A DNA stretch of 64,000 nt from the NCBI GenBank assembly GCA_002400415.1, contig DGQP01000007.1, positions 77,373-141,372 of the forward strand, read 5' to 3'. The DNA comes from Chitinophagaceae bacterium UBA4411 (GTDB lineage Bacteria > Bacteroidota > Bacteroidia > Chitinophagales > Chitinophagaceae). Both the position numbers and the translations under genes were made by a program. The first letter of the stretch is position 1. The number at the start of each line of letters is the position of its first letter. Positions 58,468 to 64,000 of this stretch are shown piece after piece. The notes below the pieces were generated by a model, which searched no databases, was not told the DNA's origin, and saw only the letters and a program-made list of their open reading frames with translations.

Positions 58468-59682
58468 ATGAACATTCTTTTTGTCAGCGCTTCTGCGCCG
58501 CCCAAATCAGGACCGGAAAGCCTGCAGGTGGCTAAATACATGAAATACCTGTCTCGGAAAGCCCGTATTGAACTCGTAACAACAATAGCCCCTGCCAGAG
58601 GTTGGGAAAAAACAGATGATTCCCAGCTTCCATTTTTGAAATATATTGACAACCGGGTTGAGCTAATATCTATACAATCATGGACAGGCTGGAAAGGGTT
58701 TTCGGGCAGGAAGATTTTTCAGCACTGGATGAATAAGCCGGACCCTGATTTCCTGTTTCACTGGCAGGTAGCCAGGGTAATAGCCAAACTAAAGGCACCG
58801 CCTGATGTAATTTATTCCCGTTCCATGCCATTCAGTTCAGCAGTCCTTGGCTTAAAATTAAAAGCAAGGTTGAAAAAGCCCTGGTTGATGCATATCAGCG
58901 ACCCTTGGTCTGATACAACCTTCCTAGATAACCGGAATACGTATAACCTAGAGGCGGAGAAAGAATGTTTTTTGCGGGCTGATATGGTTTCTTTTACCAC
59001 ACCGGAAACACTGGAATTTTATAAGCGAAAATATACCGGGCTGGCTGGAAAATTTATTGTTTGCCCCAATGTATTTGATGAAAGCGATTTGGTTCAACGC
59101 TCTGTTTTTTTTGAAAATAAAAAATTAACCTGTCTTTATTCTGGCAACCTGTATGGCAAAAGGACGCTTCGCCCGCTTGTGGAAGCAGTAAAATTGCTGG
59201 ATCAGCCGGTAAAAGAAAACCTTGAAATATTAATTGCAGGGTTCCTTAGCAGGGAAAATGAAGAAATGCTGAAAGAACCCGGACTTTTCTGTATTAAATA
59301 CATGGGCCCCCTACCTGCAGCGAAAAGCTACCAATTGCAGCAAAAAGTTGATATCCTGGTATCGGTTGATAAGCCGCCGGAGCAGGAAACGGATATAATC
59401 GTTCTCCCTTCCAAAATCCAGGATTATATAGCTGCAAGAAAACTGATACTGGGAATTACAGGAAAGGGTTCGGCAACTTATCGTGCAGTGCATTCCCGTT
59501 ATGGTTTTTGTTTTGAACATGGGGAAATAGTATCTATTGCCGTGTTTTTGGCAAATGCGGTCCAGGCATTCCAGGCAAAGAATCAAAGTTTTTTTTCATT
59601 TGCATCCCCCGATGAAAAATATGAAGCGGGGTACAATGCATCCCTCTTATTAAAATACTTACAAGGCTTAATACATGAGTAA
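58468..59682 (+). CDS. hypothetical glycosyltransferase-like protein
   Basis: 404 aa protein with a GT-B-like C-terminal half. Weak call. Confidence 0.35.
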   Translation: MNILFVSASAPPKSGPESLQVAKYMKYLSRKARIELVTTIAPARGWEKTDDSQLPFLKYIDNRVELISIQSWTGWKGFSGRKIFQHWMNKPDPDFLFHWQVARVIAKLKAPPDVIYSRSMPFSSAVLGLKLKARLKKPWLMHISDPWSDTTFLDNRNTYNLEAEKECFLRADMVSFTTPETLEFYKRKYTGLAGKFIVCPNVFDESDLVQRSVFFENKKLTCLYSGNLYGKRTLRPLVEAVKLLDQPVKENLEILIAGFLSRENEEMLKEPGLFCIKYMGPLPAAKSYQLQQKVDILVSVDKPPEQETDIIVLPSKIQDYIAARKLILGITGKGSATYRAVHSRYGFCFEHGEIVSIAVFLANAVQAFQAKNQSFFSFASPDEKYEAGYNASLLLKYLQGLIHE

Positions 59683-60850
59683 ACCACAGGTACGAATGAC
59701 GAAAGTCTTGTTAACAGGGTATTATGGTTTTGGTAACCTGGGTGATGACCTTCTTTTTTTATGTAATTACAGGCTCATAAGGAAATTGATACCTCATTCG
59801 GAAATAGATGTGCTCACAGAAGCCAGCCGGCCGCAATATCTTTCAAAACTTGCAGGAAAGGAGCTGAAATTTTTAAACTGGTCAGCAAAGGGGAGTTATG
59901 ATATCGTCTGGCATGGTGGCGGTGGGGTTTTTTTTGATTTTAAAAAGGGGGGGACGGCGTCATTAATATTAAATAAGTTCATCAAACTGCTAGGCCCGCA
60001 CCTGTTTACTAAAATATATAAATGGGCAAGAAAAAATCTTGGAAAACCGGCAATCGATTTTGGATACAGGGTTGGAGTTGGTATTGGAGTGGGAACCTTC
60101 ACTTCTTCTTCGTATGTGTATAAATATAAAATTCCTACCCTGTCCTCTTTTAATTACCTGGTGGTCCGGGATGAACAAAGCAGGAAAAATGTTTTTAAGT
60201 TAATAAAGGGAATTGATGTGGCCGTTTCAACTGATATAGTATTTGATACCGGGTTGTGGCTGGAGGATGCCGCAAGACAGCCGAAAAAGAATGAGAGTGG
60301 TAAAAAAATCGGTATCATCCTGAGAGACTGGTCGCTGGGTAGAGGGTATAATTATTTTGATGATATCTATTCCCTGACAGAGGATTTACAAAAGCAGGGT
60401 TATCATATTACGTTTTTTTCTTTTGATGCAGAAACAGACAGGAAGTACATGACGTGTTTTTCAAAAAAAGAAATTCCTGTACTTACATGGAGCCCAGAAA
60501 CAATGGAGGTGACCTATTTTGTTTCATTATTGGCGCAGCAGAATTATCTTATCACCAGCCGTTTTCATGCCGCAATAATCGGTTCCTGTCTCGGCATACC
60601 AGGCATAGTTGTAAATATTGAGCCCAAATTGAAAACAGCTTCTGAAATGCTTAAGGGCTGTTATTTCCTGCTGGACCTGCCACTAAAAGAAGAGGAAGTA
60701 ACAAAAGCGAAAGAATTTTTGATAAACAACGGTGATAAGAGCGTATTATGTGCAGAAAGGGTAAGTAATAATAAAAAGATGCTGTTGCAATCGGAAAAAC
60801 AACTGGACTCAAAAATAAATTTGTTTTTGAGTAGAGAGGCGAAAAATTAA
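59675..60850 (+). CDS. polysaccharide pyruvyl transferase family protein
   Basis: LTGYYGFGNLGDDLL is the N-terminal motif of CsaB/WcaK-type pyruvyl transferases. Contains T8 and G7 tracts. Confidence 0.6.
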   Translation: MSKPQVRMTKVLLTGYYGFGNLGDDLLFLCNYRLIRKLIPHSEIDVLTEASRPQYLSKLAGKELKFLNWSAKGSYDIVWHGGGGVFFDFKKGGTASLILNKFIKLLGPHLFTKIYKWARKNLGKPAIDFGYRVGVGIGVGTFTSSSYVYKYKIPTLSSFNYLVVRDEQSRKNVFKLIKGIDVAVSTDIVFDTGLWLEDAARQPKKNESGKKIGIILRDWSLGRGYNYFDDIYSLTEDLQKQGYHITFFSFDAETDRKYMTCFSKKEIPVLTWSPETMEVTYFVSLLAQQNYLITSRFHAAIIGSCLGIPGIVVNIEPKLKTASEMLKGCYFLLDLPLKEEEVTKAKEFLINNGDKSVLCAERVSNNKKMLLQSEKQLDSKINLFLSREAKN

Positions 60851-60970
60851 TAATATACTGCTAAGCGTGAATACCATTGTTTCGAAAAGCAAATTCATGA
60901 AAGATAAAGACAATAGCAGATGCCAAAGACTTAACCCGGGTTATAAAACCATTAATAGAAAGGATATTTT

Positions 60971-62191
60971 TTGATGACAATGAGTAACAAAAAAAAAATA
61001 TTACTGATTATCCCAAACCTAGGAATGGGAGGGGCTCAACGTTCTTTTGCTAAACTGGCTATTTGGTTGAGGATGGAATTCGAAGTGATTGTTGTAGTGT
61101 TTGATGATTCTTTTAAATCCGTTTACGATCCCGGAGGGGAAATTTATTATCTGGGGGGGAGATCAAATTCTCATCTTTTTTCAAAAGCATCAAATTTTTT
61201 TAAACGGATCAGTAATTTTAAGCGAATAAAAAAAAATACAGGTATTGATGTTTCCATCAGCTTTCTTGAAGGAGCTGATTATATAAACTTAGTAAGTGGT
61301 GGGAAGGATAAAAAGGTTATCAGTATCCTTGGATCAAAAAAATACGATCCCCATATTAAAGGTATTTCAGGATGGGTAAGACTGAAAATTCTCATTCCGC
61401 TACTCTATAAAAGGGCTGACAAAATTGTCGCCATATCGAAGGGCTTAGAAAAGGAGATGGGGGAAAACTATCCTGAACAGGCAAAAAAAATTGTTACGAT
61501 CACCAATGGGTATTCAATTACTCCTTATCAACAACCTGTCAACCCCACTGAGTATTTTATACTTGTATGGGCGGGAAGAATGGGTGACGAAAAAGGGTTG
61601 TTGGAATTAGTTGAGGTTTTCAGCTATGCCCGGAAACTGAAAAATTTTATCAGGCTGGTCTTAGTCGGAGAAGGGCCTATGCAATCCTTAGTACATTATA
61701 CGGCAAAAAAAATGGATATGAATATTCGATTGATGGAGCAACTAGATACAAAGGAACTGGAACAGTATGACATTATCCATCTTACATCCCGGTCTGAACT
61801 ACAGCCTGTCTTTTCACAGTGCGATTTCTTTGTACTTACCTCCCCTTCTGAAGGATTTCCAAATGTAGTACTTGAATCTATGCTTTCCGGTCTTCCCGTG
61901 ATCAGCTCAGATTGCTACTGGGGACCCCGAGAAATTCTGGCTCCTTCAATAGATTATGGTAGTATTACCAGTGAACCTCTTTGGGCTGAATACGGAATAT
62001 TAATGCCTTTGGTTACCGGTGCTTCTCCGGAAATAAAAAAAGCCTGGGCAGAAACGCTTCTCTCACTTAAGAAGGAGAATGCAAAGCAGAAATATAGTTA
62101 TAAATCCTGGCAGCGGGCATGCGATTTTGAAGAGTCAATAATACAGAAACAATGGATAAGTCTCATCAATGACATTTCTGGAAAGAAATAA
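60971..62191 (+). CDS. glycosyltransferase family 4
   Basis: Reads EGFPNVVLESMLSGLPVISSD, the GT4 E-x7-E region. Contains a G7 tract. Confidence 0.7.
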   Translation: MMTMSNKKKILLIIPNLGMGGAQRSFAKLAIWLRMEFEVIVVVFDDSFKSVYDPGGEIYYLGGRSNSHLFSKASNFFKRISNFKRIKKNTGIDVSISFLEGADYINLVSGGKDKKVISILGSKKYDPHIKGISGWVRLKILIPLLYKRADKIVAISKGLEKEMGENYPEQAKKIVTITNGYSITPYQQPVNPTEYFILVWAGRMGDEKGLLELVEVFSYARKLKNFIRLVLVGEGPMQSLVHYTAKKMDMNIRLMEQLDTKELEQYDIIHLTSRSELQPVFSQCDFFVLTSPSEGFPNVVLESMLSGLPVISSDCYWGPREILAPSIDYGSITSEPLWAEYGILMPLVTGASPEIKKAWAETLLSLKKENAKQKYSYKSWQRACDFEESIIQKQWISLINDISGKK

Positions 62192-62296
62192 TAAATCATT
62201 CTTTATTATTAAGGAGCAGATTGAAAGTTGCCATGATCTTACTCATTACCGGGTTTGTGGAAAACCCACCCAACTCTTTTCCAGATTTAAACAACA

Positions 62297-63406
62297 ATGA
62301 AAAAAATAATAATTGTTGATAATTCTCCTTCTTTTACGGGGGCATTTAAATGCGCCCTTCAGGAGGCGGAATTGCTTAAACATGAGTATGATTTTTGTTT
62401 CGTGTTGCCAAGATTTTCTGAAGTTAAAAAAAAAGTAGAAGAAAGGGGCTTTCGCTGTTATTCTCTTCCATTTCGTGAAATCAGGCGATCATTGCTAAAT
62501 AACCTTTTTTATATTCCTTCTCTCCTGAATAACGGGCTAGCTTTGAAAAGAATTCTTAAGAAAGAAAAAGCAGCTTGTCTACAGCTCAATGATTTTTATA
62601 ATCTGACGGGATATGTGGCAAAATGGATGGGATTCCAGGGGCTTCTTATTACTTATGTGCGCCTTCTTCCTTCCTCACGTATTTCACTGCTAAGCCGACT
62701 CTGGAGTTATCTTGCGGCACGATTTTCGGATAAGGTTGTATGTGTTTCCGATGCAGTGTTAAAGCAAATGCCGGGCAAAAAAAATATTTCCCGCCTTTAC
62801 GACCCTATCAATTTTGAAGAAAAATATTTTCCGCCGCCGGAACGCAAAGCAGAAGTAAGTTTACTGTTTCTGGCTAATTATATCAGAGGTAAGGGGCAAG
62901 AGCAGGCCGTTATGGCTTTTGCAGAAGCGTATAAAAAAAATCCAAAACTCAGACTCCGCTTTGCCGGGGGAATTATGAACCTTAAAAAGAATAATGATTT
63001 CAAACAGTCATTGATAGTTGCCATCAATCGAATGGGAATGGAAGATGTGGTGAGATTTGAGGATTTTGCTGATGACACAGAACGTATAATTAAAGAGTCG
63101 GATATAGTCCTGAATTTTTCTGAAGCTGAATCATTTTCCATGACCTGTGCTGAAGCCGGTTTTTATGGCAAGCCGGTGATATCTACCCGTTGCGGAGGTC
63201 CGGAAGAAATAATAGCCGACCAGTTTTCAGGTTTGCTGGTTGATAAAGGAAATATTGCTCAAATGACAAATGCCATCCTGGAATTGGCGGGGAATGAGGA
63301 AAAAAGGAATAGATATGGCGAATATGCCAGAGATTATATTCGTCAAAAATTCAGCACTCGAGACTTTGTGACCGGATTTAAAGCAATAATAGAAGGCGCA
63401 GAATAA
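62297..63406 (+). CDS. glycosyltransferase family 4
   Basis: Reads EAESFSMTCAEAGFYGKPVISTRCGGPEEII, the GT4 E-x7-E motif. Confidence 0.7.
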   Translation: MKKIIIVDNSPSFTGAFKCALQEAELLKHEYDFCFVLPRFSEVKKKVEERGFRCYSLPFREIRRSLLNNLFYIPSLLNNGLALKRILKKEKAACLQLNDFYNLTGYVAKWMGFQGLLITYVRLLPSSRISLLSRLWSYLAARFSDKVVCVSDAVLKQMPGKKNISRLYDPINFEEKYFPPPERKAEVSLLFLANYIRGKGQEQAVMAFAEAYKKNPKLRLRFAGGIMNLKKNNDFKQSLIVAINRMGMEDVVRFEDFADDTERIIKESDIVLNFSEAESFSMTCAEAGFYGKPVISTRCGGPEEIIADQFSGLLVDKGNIAQMTNAILELAGNEEKRNRYGEYARDYIRQKFSTRDFVTGFKAIIEGAE

Positions 63407-63440
63407 TGAGAGACGATTGTGCTACCGAATCAGAAATAAT

Positions 63441-64000
63441 ATGATGCAAAACCCGACTCGCTTACGGATGATTAGATTTTTTCTTTGCTTAGTTTTTTCC
63501 TGCTTTTTCTGTAGCCTGAGATCGCAAAAAAATATTTCTATTCATATCCCGGAAAACCGGAAAGAAATAAAGGAACTGGGTGTTGAATTACAGGATTATC
63601 TTTCAAGGGCTGCCAGAGACAAGTTCCTGCTGGAAGAAACTAAGGCCGGTACAGGTGGAGGTATTTTTTTGAGTATAGAAACTTTAAACCCACAGTATTT
63701 AAAAAAGGAGGGATATGAAATAACCGGTACCGGTAATTCAGTTACTATCCGAGCTAATCATATAAGCGGGCTGCGAAACGGGGTGTATAATTACTTATAC
63801 CGGCTGGGCTTCAGATTTTACCTGCCTGGTGATATATGGACCCATATTCCCAGGTTGTCTTCTGTTTTTTATTTAGTAAAGCAACAGCAATACCCCCTTT
63901 TTCAAAACCGCTCCATGTTTGGTACAGGAGGTTTTCCTTATCATCCTGTCCTTGATCGTGGATATGAAGTGCAAAAAAGCTGGGAGAAATGGCTAAAAAG
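63441..64000 (+). CDS. hypothetical secreted protein (5' partial, runs off window)
   Basis: Open frame from ATG at 63441 with a signal-peptide-like start (MMQNPTRLRMIRFFLCLVFSCFFCS). No stop before the window end. Confidence 0.4.
   Translation, partial: MMQNPTRLRMIRFFLCLVFSCFFCSLRSQKNISIHIPENRKEIKELGVELQDYLSRAARDKFLLEETKAGTGGGIFLSIETLNPQYLKKEGYEITGTGNSVTIRANHISGLRNGVYNYLYRLGFRFYLPGDIWTHIPRLSSVFYLVKQQQYPLFQNRSMFGTGGFPYHPVLDRGYEVQKSWEKWLK

Overview
This 64 kb window looks like a Bacteroidetes chromosome (Chitinophaga/Niastella-like), judged from a UpxY antiterminator leading a polysaccharide locus, a TAnnTTTG -7 promoter motif and a GxxExxY protein. Gene calls rest on manual reading of the supplied six-frame ORFs and the raw sequence. 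No searches were run, so family assignments are from memory of conserved motifs.

The window has three parts.

- **Part 1 (1-27 kb), mostly housekeeping.** It starts with a partial tsaB and contains RidA and a metallophosphoesterase. An M1 peptidase follows. Next is a MurU-like nucleotidyltransferase beside an AmgK-like anomeric sugar kinase fused to a RapZ C-terminal domain. IcmF, an AmpD-type amidase, a large glycoside hydrolase with an AraC regulator, and an aldehyde dehydrogenase with a DUF779 partner come next. Further genes are a sulfatase, a DUF72 protein, a umuDC-like pair, a 2H phosphoesterase, a GxxExxY protein, a radical SAM SplB-like protein and a Dabb protein. A small AT-rich islet (about 24.94-26.3 kb) holds a HicB/HicA-like pair.
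- **Part 2 (about 27.4-37.2 kb), a striking accessory island.** It holds a tightly packed array of 14 tRNA or tRNA-like genes (27602-29106). Their anticodons are non-redundant: Pro?, Ala, Glu, Asp, Gln, His, one unassigned, Lys, Cys, Asn, Tyr, Ser, a fragment, and Phe. Almost all lack an encoded CCA. At least two (Gln, Asn), and probably a third (Lys), carry a palindromic CCTGCC...GGCAGG hairpin inserted exactly between T-arm positions 53 and 54. After the array come a YkuK/DUF458 RNase H-like protein and an AAA+ ATPase, then two tRNA pseudogenes. Next are an SPFH protein with a triplicated N-terminal segment, a possible HEPN-like protein, a duplicated fragment of the RtcB N-terminus, two tandem pol-beta nucleotidyltransferases and a full RtcB RNA ligase. 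Short repeat elements shared with the GxxExxY locus are interspersed. I read this as a candidate, apparently undescribed, tRNA-supply plus RNA-repair (conflict/counter-defence) island.
- **Part 3 (about 41.0-64.0 kb), a UpxY-led capsule/exopolysaccharide locus.** It encodes Wza- and Wzc-like exporters and rfbB and rfbA. There are several SDR epimerases, WbpB- and WbpD-like enzymes, a PIG-L deacetylase and a Wzx flippase. WecB, two acyltransferase-3 proteins, a pyruvyl transferase and several GT4 glycosyltransferases are also present. Several of these genes contain G7-G9 and T8 homopolymer tracts, and the Wzc tail is a GGCTAT-repeat-encoded Gly/Tyr cluster.
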